A stretch of DNA of 60,227 nucleotides, counting the filler. It is 9 parts of 9 records of this genome, joined end to end, with 100 filler letters (N's around TTAATTAATTAA, not from the genome) between each part and the next. Parts side by side here need not be neighbours in the genome. Positions count along the whole stretch, not along the records: positions 27,717 to 33,284 come from SRR31147125_109435; positions 33,385 to 39,607 come from SRR31147125_109911; positions 39,708 to 46,994 come from SRR31147125_109930; 6 more parts are not named here. One strand, written 5' to 3'. The notes beneath the pieces are model-generated. The model was not told the origin of the DNA. It ran no database searches and saw only the letters and a program-made list of their open reading frames with translations. Made by a program: the position numbers and the translations under genes. Positions 31,664 to 42,007 of this stretch are shown one piece after another (within the stretch, counting starts at the first letter, position 1; every line of letters begins with the position of its first letter).

Positions 31664-32101
31664 TCATTCCACCCGTTTTTCAAGCATCAACTTGTTCCCG
31701 GTTTCATTATACCAATAGCGTGAGAAATACTGCTCCATGATCATGAGCCCTCGTCCATGATCTTCATCATCCCCAACCTCTACAACCTGAGCACTTCGCC
31801 AATCAAACCCCTCGCCTTGATCTTCAATCTCCACCAAAATAACCTGCTCTTTTTCAATTCTTACATTGCAAATTACCTGTTTGTCGATATCATGATTATT
31901 TCCGTGGCGGACGGCATTGGTCAACCCCTCCCGCAGGACAAGCTGAATGGAAAAAAGATGCTTTGTAATCCCCTGGATCCGACGCTTCAATGTGCCGCAA
32001 ATTTCATCACACGCCCTGTCGACATTTCCCATACTTGAGCTGAAAACAATAGAAATATCTTCCTGACTCTTTTTTATTTCAAATCGACCTTTATCCGGCA
32101 T
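31664..32101 (-). CDS. RsbW-like anti-sigma factor / Ser kinase
   Basis: EGLTNAVRHGN, EDQGEGFD, HGRGL, YNETGN. Confidence 0.88.
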   Translation of the reverse strand: MPDKGRFEIKKSQEDISIVFSSSMGNVDRACDEICGTLKRRIQGITKHLFSIQLVLREGLTNAVRHGNNHDIDKQVICNVRIEKEQVILVEIEDQGEGFDWRSAQVVEVGDDEDHGRGLMIMEQYFSRYWYNETGNKLMLEKRVE

Positions 32102-32103
32102 GA

Positions 32104-33225
32104 TCACACCTCCAGGCAAAGCACGACAATGTCATCATCGGGAAGGTTGTCTTCTCCAAAATGATGCGCCACCAGTCTTGCCGGTGCCTCGGTCACCGGA
32201 TAGTGTTTCACTTCGGAAAAATCCGAAAGGAAACGGGCCGCTCCGGAAACCCATGTAATGTTATCTTCCGCTGACTCTACCAACCCGTCACTGTATAGAA
32301 AGATGCGGTCTCCCTTTGCCACATCGATTCTGGAGATACCGAACCGCGCATCCTTGAACATCCCCAAAACATCACCATCCGATCGGATCAATTTGGGCGT
32401 GCCATCCAATGGAACATGAACCACCGGCGGATGCCCTGCGTTGATGACCGTCACTTTGGAGGTGATTCGATTCAACCGAACATAGACTGCAGTGAGATAT
32501 TTTCCATCCGGTAAAATCTCCACCAGCACATCGTTGATCATCTTCATACTCTCTGCCGGTGAATAAACCGGTGTGCAATTCTGAGCAAGAAGCGCCTTGA
32601 CCGATGCCGTCATGTAGCTGGTTTTAATGTCGTGCCCGGAAAAATCCGCCACAAAATAGCCTTTGATATACTGAGAGATATTGAGAATATCATAGAAGTC
32701 TCCGCCGGCTTCCTGCAACGCCTGATAGTAGACCCCGAAATCGGCATCGGGAAAATCTTCCGGAAGCGGCAGCATGGATTCCTGAGCTTCCGCAATTTGT
32801 TTGAGTTTATGGGCCTGTTCGGCAATGAGAGAGTTGGTGGCAATGGAGAGTTTTAAGTGAATCCGAACCCTGGCGATCACTTCCAATTTATGAAACGGCT
32901 TTGTGATGTAATCCACCGCCCCCAAATCAAACCCTTTGAGTTTGGAATTCACTTCACTGACACCGGTGAGAAAGATAACAGGAATTGTTGCGGTTTCCTG
33001 GGTATCTTTCAAGAATTGAATCACTGCAAATCCATCTTCACCCGGCATTTGAATATCCAATAGAATGAGGTCGGGTTGCTCTTTGACTGCAAGCGCTCTC
33101 CCCCGCGGACCATCCGAGGCGCACAACACCCGATAGCCCTCCTTGGAAAGGGCTTTTTCAATCAACTTCAAATTCATTGGATGATCATCCACGGCCAATA
33201 TTGTAAATGATTGCTCCATATTCAT
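32104..33225 (-). CDS. Response regulator with SpoIIE/PP2C phosphatase domain
   Basis: REC N-terminus; GGDFYD, ADFSGH, NAGHPP, YSDGL, DDI. Confidence 0.92.
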   Translation of the reverse strand: MNMEQSFTILAVDDHPMNLKLIEKALSKEGYRVLCASDGPRGRALAVKEQPDLILLDIQMPGEDGFAVIQFLKDTQETATIPVIFLTGVSEVNSKLKGFDLGAVDYITKPFHKLEVIARVRIHLKLSIATNSLIAEQAHKLKQIAEAQESMLPLPEDFPDADFGVYYQALQEAGGDFYDILNISQYIKGYFVADFSGHDIKTSYMTASVKALLAQNCTPVYSPAESMKMINDVLVEILPDGKYLTAVYVRLNRITSKVTVINAGHPPVVHVPLDGTPKLIRSDGDVLGMFKDARFGISRIDVAKGDRIFLYSDGLVESAEDNITWVSGAARFLSDFSEVKHYPVTEAPARLVAHHFGEDNLPDDDIVVLCLEV

Positions 33226-33284
33226 CTTTTATTCCCAATTCTCGAGAGTCATGCCCTCTCATTTTTCATACTTCATGGAGAAAA

Positions 33285-33384
33285 NNNNNNNNNNNNNNNN
33301 NNNNNNNNNNNNNNNNNNNNNNNNNNNNTTAATTAATTAANNNNNNNNNNNNNNNNNNNNNNNNNNNNNNNNNNNNNNNNNNNN
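33285..33384. other. Artificial contig spacer
   Basis: N run with TTAATTAATTAA. Confidence 0.99.
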
Positions 33385-33414
33385 CGTTGCTCTATCCAGC
33401 TGAGCTACGGGCGC
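33385..33414 (-). tRNA. tRNA 5' part, probably tRNA-Arg; anticodon lost at contig end
   Basis: GCGCCCGTAGCTCAGCTGGATAGAGCAACG: acceptor strand and D-arm typical of tRNA-Arg. Confidence 0.8.
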
Positions 33415-33515
33415 TTAGTGGTGATTTTATGTGGTGCGTGGGACGCGTATAATAATAGAACTCGGTGAAAAATCAAGTCTGATTGTTTTATCGGGTTTGA
33501 GATTACTCGGTGGCC

Positions 33516-35855
33516 CTACGCATCCTCTGTTTCATTCACCCGTTTCCAGATCGGGCCGTTGGCGGTGTCTATCACCGCGATGCCGCGCTCGGCCAGCTCG
33601 CTGCGGGCAGAGTCCGCCGTGTTCCAGTCTTTCTCTACCCTGGCCTTTTCGCGGAGCTGGATGAGCGCATCGATCTCCGGCTCCAGCGGGCAGCCCTCGA
33701 GCTTGAAGATTTTCAGCACCTGGTTAATCGTGCGCAGTTTTTCAATGATGTAGTCTTTCTGGTCACGGTCGAGGTGGTTGACCTGCAGGATCGGGTTCAC
33801 CTTCTTGATGAAGGTATAGATCGAGGCCATCGCGAGCGACACGTTGAGATCGTCGTCCATTGCGGTGAAGAACCGCTCTTCCATTGTCGACACATAGGCC
33901 GTCACTTCAGGGTGAGGCCGCCCCGGAGGCAGACACAGGAGCTTGCTCGTGAATTCGTCGAGCCGCCTGAGTGCGGTGCGGACGTTCTCGAGCCGCTTGA
34001 TGGAGAAGAGAACCGGCTTGCGATACTGGACCGAGAGCAGCAGAAAGCGCACTTCGCGACCGGTGAAACCCATGGCAAGCAGATCCTTGAGGGTCACGAC
34101 GTTGTCGTTCTCGCTGCTCATTTTCTTGCCGTCGACGAGCAGCAGCTCCGAATGCATCCAGTAGCGGGCAAGCGGCTTGCCGGTGAGCGACTCAGCGATG
34201 GCGATCTCGTTTTCATGATGCGGGAACATCAGGTCGCGGCTGGACGTATGGATATCCAAGGTCTCCCCCAGATAGCCGGTGGACATCGCAGAACACTCGA
34301 TATGCCAGCTCGGCCGCACGTTGCCCCAGTCCGTCTCGAAGAAGATGCCCTTCTTCAACTCGGCAAGCGTCGAGCGCTTGAGCAACGTAAAATCGCGGGG
34401 ATTGTCTTTTTCGTAGTCGTCGAGATCGACGGTCTTGCCAACCTGAATCTTGGAGAGATCGATACCGGAGAGCCGGCCATAGTTTTCAAACTTCGAGATA
34501 TCGAAATAGACCGAACCGTGTTTCTCGTACGCGTAGCCTTTATGTACCAGCTTGTGGCTGATTTCGATCATGTCCTGGACGTGCTCGGACGCTCGCGGGT
34601 AGCCGGTGGCATCCCGTACCCCGAGGGTGTGGATGTCGGAAAGAAACGAGTTGATGTACTGCTCCGTGAACGGCCCCAGCTCCATCCCGGCTTCCTCGGC
34701 ACCGCTTATCGTGTTGTCGTCAAGGTCAGTGAAATTCATGTAGGAGTTGACCGTGTAACCGCGCGACTCAAGGTAGCGCACGATGAGATCGGCAACGACG
34801 AACCGGCGGCACAGCGACAGATTTGCCGGCTCATAGGCGGTGGGTCCACAGGAGTAGAAGGTGACCTCCCCCTCCTTCTGGGACCTGAACACCTCCTTTT
34901 TCTTCGTCATTGTATTGAAAAAGCGGAGCCTCGACTTCTTTCCGCCACCGGTCGTCTCTTCCTGGGCAAACAACGGAGTGCTCAGGTAACGCTCTCCGCC
35001 GTCGGGCAGGATCGCGACCACCATCCCCTCTTCAAGCTCACGGGCATAGTCGAGTGCCGTGCACATGGCCGCGCCGCTACTCATCCCGACCAGCAGCCCT
35101 TCCTTCCGTGCCAGCTGCCGTGCCGTGTCGAAGGAGCGGTCGTCATCGACCTTGACGATCTCGTCCGGAACCGACTTATCGAAAATGCCCGGCTTATAGG
35201 ACTCCTTCATGTTCTTGAGCCCCTGCAGTTTGTGACCGAGATGCGGCTCCACCGCAATCACCCTCACGTGCGGCTGGAACTCGCTGAACCACGCGCACAG
35301 CCCCATGATGGTGCCGGAAGTACCGAGTGTCGCCACGAGGTGGGTGATTTTTCCGTCCGTCTGCTCCCAGATCTCCGGGGCCGTCTGGTGGTAGTGGGCC
35401 TGCCAGTTAGCGTCGTTGTTGTACTGGTCGGTCAGATAGTAGCGCTCCGGGAACTCGCGCACCAGCGAGTAAGCCTTCTCGATGGCGCCGTCCGTCGCCC
35501 GTGCCGCCGGGGTGAGCAGGATCTCCGCGCCGTAAGCCTGCATAATCCTGCGCCGCTCGATGGACGCCGATTCAGGCATTACCAGCATGCAGCGATACCC
35601 TTTGGCGGCGCACACCATCGCGAGACCGATCCCGGTGTTGCCGCTGGTTGCCTCAAGAACGATACTGTCTTTGTTCAGCTCGCCAGAACGTTCGCCGGCC
35701 TCGATCATCGACAGGGAAATGCGCTCCTTCACCGATCCGCCCGGATTACGTGACTCCAGCTTGCCGATCACCGTCACCTTCGAGTTGGTGTTGAGGCGGT
35801 TGATCGTTATCAGCGGGGTGTTGCCTATGGAATCGAGAACATCTTTATATATCAT
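33516..35855 (-). CDS. Fusion: PLP cysteine synthase (CysM/CysK-like) + cysteinyl-tRNA synthetase-like domain with degenerate ATP motifs
   Basis: NPGGSVKER, EATSGNTG, GTSGT; short linker; CGPT, DFTLLK, WHIECSAM, FPHHENE, anticodon domain; single uninterrupted 779-aa ORF. Confidence 0.92.
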   Translation of the reverse strand: MIYKDVLDSIGNTPLITINRLNTNSKVTVIGKLESRNPGGSVKERISLSMIEAGERSGELNKDSIVLEATSGNTGIGLAMVCAAKGYRCMLVMPESASIERRRIMQAYGAEILLTPAARATDGAIEKAYSLVREFPERYYLTDQYNNDANWQAHYHQTAPEIWEQTDGKITHLVATLGTSGTIMGLCAWFSEFQPHVRVIAVEPHLGHKLQGLKNMKESYKPGIFDKSVPDEIVKVDDDRSFDTARQLARKEGLLVGMSSGAAMCTALDYARELEEGMVVAILPDGGERYLSTPLFAQEETTGGGKKSRLRFFNTMTKKKEVFRSQKEGEVTFYSCGPTAYEPANLSLCRRFVVADLIVRYLESRGYTVNSYMNFTDLDDNTISGAEEAGMELGPFTEQYINSFLSDIHTLGVRDATGYPRASEHVQDMIEISHKLVHKGYAYEKHGSVYFDISKFENYGRLSGIDLSKIQVGKTVDLDDYEKDNPRDFTLLKRSTLAELKKGIFFETDWGNVRPSWHIECSAMSTGYLGETLDIHTSSRDLMFPHHENEIAIAESLTGKPLARYWMHSELLLVDGKKMSSENDNVVTLKDLLAMGFTGREVRFLLLSVQYRKPVLFSIKRLENVRTALRRLDEFTSKLLCLPPGRPHPEVTAYVSTMEERFFTAMDDDLNVSLAMASIYTFIKKVNPILQVNHLDRDQKDYIIEKLRTINQVLKIFKLEGCPLEPEIDALIQLREKARVEKDWNTADSARSELAERGIAVIDTANGPIWKRVNETEDA

Positions 35856-35971
35856 TGAATCACCGGCGTGCTGTCATTGAAGAAAGGGTACGGTGGTGGC
35901 TGCTTCAGGTGCGGACAATACCTCGTTTTGCGCTCCGGTCAAGCGGGTTTTTCAGCTACATTGTTTACCAC

Positions 35972-36448
35972 TCAGCGGTTGCCTCTGACGGTTTTGGACA
36001 CATACCAGAACCTGGTGAACGATTCCCGCACCTCATCATCCTCGATGAACTCGACCCGCTTCTCGAATGCTTCTATCTCCGAAGCCGTTGGAGGTGTCCG
36101 GCGCAACGGCTCCTCCGCGACCTCTTCTTCGGCATCCGTTTTTCTAACCGAAAATCTGATATCTGTAAAATAGGATACCCGGAGAAAATCGTTGAGCGCA
36201 TCGAGCAGTGCAACCTTCTGGAACTGCAGCTGCTGCATCCATGCCGAGTTGTCCACCTCCAGCCAGAGCACATCCCTGACCACCTTGTGCGGACGCGAGT
36301 GCGCCGCCGTATCACGGTCCACCAGTTCTTTCCACTTCACAAAGACGCGATGCTGGTCGTATTTCTGCTCCCAGTCGTTGTCTCTGATAATGGACGCGAA
36401 GGTTGCCGCCAGGGACTGGTCGCGGTATTTGTATGTTCGTTTTCTCAT
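35972..36448 (-). CDS. DUF721 / DciA-like protein
   Basis: WKELVD..TAAHSRP....VLWLEVDNSAWMQQLQFQK..LL..LN. Confidence 0.78.
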   Translation of the reverse strand: MRKRTYKYRDQSLAATFASIIRDNDWEQKYDQHRVFVKWKELVDRDTAAHSRPHKVVRDVLWLEVDNSAWMQQLQFQKVALLDALNDFLRVSYFTDIRFSVRKTDAEEEVAEEPLRRTPPTASEIEAFEKRVEFIEDDEVRESFTRFWYVSKTVRGNR

Positions 36449-36605
36449 CGGCGCGTTGAATTCCTGTTATCTGCTTTCAGACGTTTTAATTCGAAGTGCG
36501 CCATTTCGCAACCTATGCGGGTACCCGATACAGGAAAAGCCCGCGATGCCGGGTCGACATGCGAGCTTTTTCTGCCGGGACAATGCCCGGTATGGCAGAG
36601 CTTTT

Positions 36606-37933
36606 TTAGTAGATGCTCAGGTAATTATCGAGCTCCCACTCCGTTACTGCGCAGCGGTAATCGTCCCACTCGGCCTGCTTCAGCTCGATGTACTTCTCGA
36701 AGATGTGCGGTCCGAGGGTATCCTCTGCGATCGGGTTGGCCTTGAGTTCCTCGACAGCTTCAGCGAGGCTGCCGGGCAGGACGGTAATACCAGCCTCGTC
36801 CATTTCCTGGGCGGTCATCTCGAAGATGTCCTCGTCAACCGAATCCGGTACCGGAAGATCGTTCTTGATGCCGTCAAGACCGGAGTTAAGCATCAACGCC
36901 AGCGCCAGATAGGGGTTCGTGCTTGGATCCGGACAGCGGACCTCGGTACGGGTGGACATGCCGCGGGCAGCCGGGATACGAACCAGTGCGGAGCGGTTGG
37001 AAGCCGACCATGCCGCATAAACCGGAGCCTCATAACCGGGAACAAGGCGCTTGTAGGAGTTGACGAGCGGGTTCGTGACCGCTACAAATCCGCGAGCGTT
37101 CTTGAGGATACCTGCGATATACTGATAGGCGACCTTGGAAAGCTGGAGCTTGTCGGACTCGTCGAAAAATGCGTTAGTGCCGTCAAGGTTGAACAGGGAC
37201 TGGTTGGTGTGCATACCGGAACCGTTGATGCCGAAAATCGGTTTGGGCATGAAGGTCGCGTGCAGGCCGTACCTTGCAGCGATAGACTTGACAACCCACT
37301 TGAAGGTGATGGTGTTGTCCGCGCATTCCAGTGCATCGGCGTACTTGAAGTTGATCTCGTGCTGCCCCTCGGCCACCTCATGATGGGAAGCTTCGATCTC
37401 GTAGCCCATGCTCTCCAGGGTTTCGATGATCTCGCGGCGGCAGTCGTTTGCCATGTCGTCGGGGTCGGTGCTGAAGTAACCGGCAACGTCCTGAGTGATG
37501 GTGGTCGGCATGCCGTCTTCGTCTTTTTCGAACAGGAAGAACTCGGCCTCGGTGCCGACATTCATCGTGTAGCCCATTTCTTTGGCTTCCGCAAGAACGC
37601 GCTTGAGATTAACCCTCGGGCATCCCTCGAACGGAGTACCGTCACTCTTGTGGATGTCGCAGATGATACGGGCGGCGGCAATCCCTTCTTGTTCCTCCAG
37701 GGCAGGACAACAAAGGTATCATAGTCCGGCTTCAGGTACATATCCGACTCGTTGATACGTACAAACCCGTCGATGGAAGAGCCGTCGAACATCATCTTGC
37801 CATCGAGTGCTTTTTCAAGCTGGCTGCGCGGAATCGCGACGTTTTTCTGGAAACCGCAGATATCGACGAACTGAAGGCGGAAAAAGTGAATGTTTTCCTC
37901 TTCTACAATTTTTAATATTTCATCTCTAGTCAT
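36606..37933 (-). CDS. glnA: Glutamine synthetase type I (alpha-like), frameshift near 37690
   Basis: [58 protein letters not shown]; one added base joins the two ORFs. Confidence 0.93.
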
Positions 37934-38072
37934 CTCTCATTTCTCCTTGAACAAAGGTTGTTTCGATTCCTTTCCGACTATTCAACAAATAGTCAGGTCC
38001 CATTTACCAATTTGTTACATTTATTGCAAGTCAAAAAAATACATTTTTATTATTTGTCACATTTTTGTAATG

Positions 38073-39607
38073 TCAACCTTCTTTCTGATCCGCCCCGATC
38101 GCGTGCAGCAGCCCTCGCTCCACCTCGTCCAGAAACTCGCCCTTCTCGAGCTTGTTCCCACCACTGTCCAGGACATAGAACACATCGATCAACTGCCCCA
38201 CCTCGGTCGCAATAAAGGCCTTGTATATATTTATGTCGAAGTCCGCCACCGCCTGTGTAATCTTATAGAGCTGCCCCTCCGTGTCACCCGCATGGACCTC
38301 GATGATGGTGTAATCGTCCGAACCGCTGTTGTCGACCTCGACCCGGTACTCGTGGGTTCCGAGCAGCTCGCGTCGCCGCCCGAGACTGGCCTTGAACTTC
38401 TCGTACAACCGATAGCCAAGGCCGAGACGGTGAGTAATGGCCCGGTTCAGATCATCACCGAGCGCATCCCAGTCGCATTCTTCGAAGCTGAAATTTTCAG
38501 TGGGCTTCACATCGATCATATCGACCACCGTCCCGTCACTCCACGTGAAGATCTGAGCATTGACCACAGTAAGCTGATTGAGCGTCATCACGCCGCAGAT
38601 CTTTGCAAGCAGGCCGGGGCGGTCGGAAGACATCACCAGGACCGACCAGTGATCGCCCGCCTCCTCGGCCACCGTCAACGCCTGCTGCCGAATACGCGTA
38701 TAGTTGTCACGATGATACTGGAGATGGGAGAGGACGGTTTCCGGCGTGAAACTGGCAAGATAGTCGGCTGACAGATCATCCACCGACATCTTCAGCCCGT
38801 CTTCCGCCTCAGCCAGCTCAACCACCTGCTCACGAAGCCACGCGACCCCGTCATCGTAATACCTGTCGATGGCGGCCGGGCTGTGGGCCTGGGCAGCCGA
38901 CACCTCGAGATAGGCCTGAATCTTCAGGAACATGTCCTTCATCAACACCGCCTTCCAGTCACTCCACGCAGACGGCCCGGTGGCCCGGGAATCAGCGACC
39001 GACAGCAGGTAGAGCGCCGCCAGGCTGCCGACATCGGGAACGCTCTCCGCACAACGCTTGATAAACGCCTGATCCTCCAGATCACGCCGCAAGGCATTTT
39101 CAGGGATAAAGAGGTGGTAGCGGATCAAAAACTGAAGCAGCGAGATCTCGTCGTCATCGAGACAAAGCCGGACCCCGATATCCCGCGCGAGATCGGCCCC
39201 GTAGCTGGAGTGGTCCTGTCCGGAATTTTTCCCGATGTCGTGAAGCAGCGCAGCCAGGTAAAACGGCCTTGACAGGGGAACCAGCGCGGCTATGGTCGGC
39301 TCCTCGGCGACGACCCGGTGCAGTTCCACAACTGCCTGGAGCGAATGCCTGTCTACGGTGTAAATGTGATACACATCGTGCTGAGCAAGCGCATCAATGC
39401 GTGCAAACTCCGGGATATACATGCCAAGCAGGCCCGTCTCGAGCATTCCCCCGAGGACGGGGAGCACCTCCTCCGAATGACCGAGAATGGCGTGAAACGG
39501 CTTGGCCATCCGGGGAGACATTCTCACCTTGGAACTGACCAGCTCGAGACTGTCGGTCACCACCATTTTGGATCGGTGGTGAATCGGCACCCCGTGTCTG
39601 ACGGAGG
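38073..39607 (-). CDS. glnD: PII uridylyltransferase (HD + two ACT domains), 5' truncated
   Basis: QHDVYHIYTVDRHS, LLHDIGK, ADSRATGP..WSDWK, DRPGLL, DVFYV. Confidence 0.93.
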
Positions 39608-39707
39608 NNNNNNNNNNNNNNNNNNNNNNNNNNNNNNNNNNNNNNNNNNNNTTAATTAATTAANNNNNNNNNNNNNNNNNNNNNNNNNNNNNNNNNNNNN
39701 NNNNNNN
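39608..39707. other. Artificial contig spacer
   Basis: N run with TTAATTAATTAA. Confidence 0.99.
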
Positions 39708-40304
39708 ATTCGCAATAGCATAGGTTGTCAGCATCAGTGACAATCCCAGGAGAATCCCCGGAATATAACCGGCCAGAAACAGCTTTCCTATGGACAGTCC
39801 CCCTGCGGCAAGCGAGTAATAAATCATGTTCTGGGATGGGGGGATGATAACTCCCTGAACGGATGAGGTCACTGTTACGGCGACGCTGTAATCCTTGTCA
39901 TACCCTTCGTTTTCCATGGCGGGGATCAGAAAGGAGCCGACTGATGAAACATCTGCTACGGATGATCCGGAGATTCCTCCGAAGAACATGCTTGTGACGA
40001 CATTGACCATTGCTGTTCCGCCTCGTATCCGTCCAACCAGAACATTGGCAAAACTCATCAATTTATCACTGATCCCGCCTTCGATCATAATCTGCGCAGC
40101 CAGGATAAAAAACGGTACGGCGAGAAATGTAAAACTGTCCAGACCGTTTACCATCTTCTGAAAGATGAAGAGCAGAGGAATATCAAGGTAGAGGGAGGTG
40201 ATAACAGAAGTCAGGGCCAGAGAAAAAGCGATAGGAACTCTGAAAAACATCAGAAGAGCCAGAACTCCGAACAGAATGATTATTCCATTGACATCAACTA
40301 TCAT
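39708..40304 (-). CDS. dctM: TRAP transporter large permease, 3' truncated
   Basis: LAVPFFILA, FFGGISGSSVAD, IIPPS. Confidence 0.93.
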
Positions 40305-40779
40305 GCTGTACTCCAGTCTTTCTGAAAATCAGTTCGAATATATGCAGCCCGGAAAAAAGGGCCATCAGTATTCCGCCTGCCACTGATGTGGCATACAGGT
40401 ATCCTCTTCTTATCTGTGTGGCGGGCATTTTGTTCGCCCATCCCAGTTTAATCATCTGTACACCGTAAAATATCATCAGGATGGAAAGAGAAAAGATAAG
40501 GAAATGACGAAGGAAGTCCAAAATCATTTTTCCTTTCCGGTTCTGTTTGTCGTAGAAATATTCCAGAGCAATATGAGAGTCGTCCCGGACTCCCATAGCC
40601 ATAACGATAAAACCGAACCAGACCAGCAGGAAGAGAGTCAGCTCTTCCGACCATATGGTGGGGCTGTTGAAGACATACCGCAGGGTGACCTGAAGCACTG
40701 TCAGCCCCAGCATGACCGCCAGGATTGTTACCACAAGAACAGTTAATATCTGATCTATTTTTTTGAGAAAATTTTCCAC
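40294..40779 (-). CDS. dctQ: TRAP transporter small permease
   Basis: 4 TM, RYVFNSPTIWSEEL, HIALE. Confidence 0.9.
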   Translation of the reverse strand: MENFLKKIDQILTVLVVTILAVMLGLTVLQVTLRYVFNSPTIWSEELTLFLLVWFGFIVMAMGVRDDSHIALEYFYDKQNRKGKMILDFLRHFLIFSLSILMIFYGVQMIKLGWANKMPATQIRRGYLYATSVAGGILMALFSGLHIFELIFRKTGVQHDS

Positions 40780-40834
40780 AATGATCCTTTAATCGACGGG
40801 ATATCAACATGAATGATATCCCGCATTTGCTAGA

Positions 40835-41830
40835 TTATTTGACTTCTTTGATTCTGGAGATGATATCCTCGTACTGGGGATACTCATCATAGATGGGGGC
40901 GATGGCATTCTGAAATGGTTTTGTATCTACGGTGTATACGGTACAGCCGGCAGCTTCCACTTTTGCTCTGAACTCATCCTGTTTCTCATTCATGGCCTGG
41001 CGTTCAAAAAGCGTTGCTTCATGTGCTGCTTCCCGGACCGCTTCTTTCTGACTATCATTCAGAGAATCCCAGGCTTTCTGGCTCATGATAATAAGGGCGG
41101 GAGGACTCAGGTGACCGTCCATCGAGTAGTGTTTAGCCACTTCATAGTGTCCTGATGTGTAGTAGCTGACGAAATCATTTTCTGCGCCGTCTATAACACC
41201 GGTCTGAAGGGCTGTATAAACTTCTCCGTAGTTCATGGGAGTGGCGACAGCTCCGACAAGGTTTGCCATATCGATGGTGATTTTGGCCTTCTGGACCCTG
41301 ATTTTCTGTCCCTGCAGATCTTCAATGTCTTTTACCGGTTTTTCTACGGTATAGAAACTTCTCGATCCGGCTTCCAGGTATCCGAAACTGATCATGCCGT
41401 ATTTGGGGAAGGCATCCAGAACTTCCTGTCCGATCGGGCCGTCCAGGATTTTGTATTTAACTTCCTGGTCTGCAAAAATATAGGGGAGGGTGAAAACTCC
41501 GAGTTCAGGGACTGTCTGGGCCAGAGTTACCGAATTGACTCTTGCCAGATCCAGAATACCGGCTGCAACCTGCTCGATATTTTCAGTCTCCTGTCCCAGC
41601 TGGGCGCTGGCATAGAGATCCACCAATACTTCTCCGTTTGTTTTTTCCTTCACAAGATCGGCAAAAAGATGCATGGCTATGGTAACAGGATTATTTTCGG
41701 GCTGGTTTTCGGCCATTTTTAAAACAATCGGTTTGGATTGACCTTCCGATCCATTGCCTTCCTGGCTTCCGGAAGCAAAGAGACCGAATGTCACGATAGA
41801 TGAGAGAGCTAGTAATAAGATTTTTTTCAT
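40835..41830 (-). CDS. dctP: TRAP substrate-binding protein
   Basis: DLQGQKIRV, EVYTALQTGVIDGAEN; spirochete-style signal LFASGSQE. Confidence 0.92.
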   Translation of the reverse strand: MKKILLLALSSIVTFGLFASGSQEGNGSEGQSKPIVLKMAENQPENNPVTIAMHLFADLVKEKTNGEVLVDLYASAQLGQETENIEQVAAGILDLARVNSVTLAQTVPELGVFTLPYIFADQEVKYKILDGPIGQEVLDAFPKYGMISFGYLEAGSRSFYTVEKPVKDIEDLQGQKIRVQKAKITIDMANLVGAVATPMNYGEVYTALQTGVIDGAENDFVSYYTSGHYEVAKHYSMDGHLSPPALIIMSQKAWDSLNDSQKEAVREAAHEATLFERQAMNEKQDEFRAKVEAAGCTVYTVDTKPFQNAIAPIYDEYPQYEDIISRIKEVK

Positions 41831-42007
41831 GCTTATCTCCTTTCTCTCATTGTCAGAGGAGACTCTGTTTTTGTCAACATTTAAATAACATAATGTGTTT
41901 AAAAATATAAATCCTTAAATAGCTGATAAATAAGCTGTATAAGGATGGCAGTCAATGCCTTTTATGCCGATAAAATAACTATTCATGTTGGTAAACATTG
42001 AAAAAAA

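Noticed and set aside
33510-37724. Long plus-strand ORFs (747, 296 and 510 aa) antisense to the CysRS fusion, DUF721 and glnA
   Set aside because: No recognisable motifs; expected shadows of GC-rich codon usage. The same applies to antisense ORFs such as 14591-15505 and 54084-54986.
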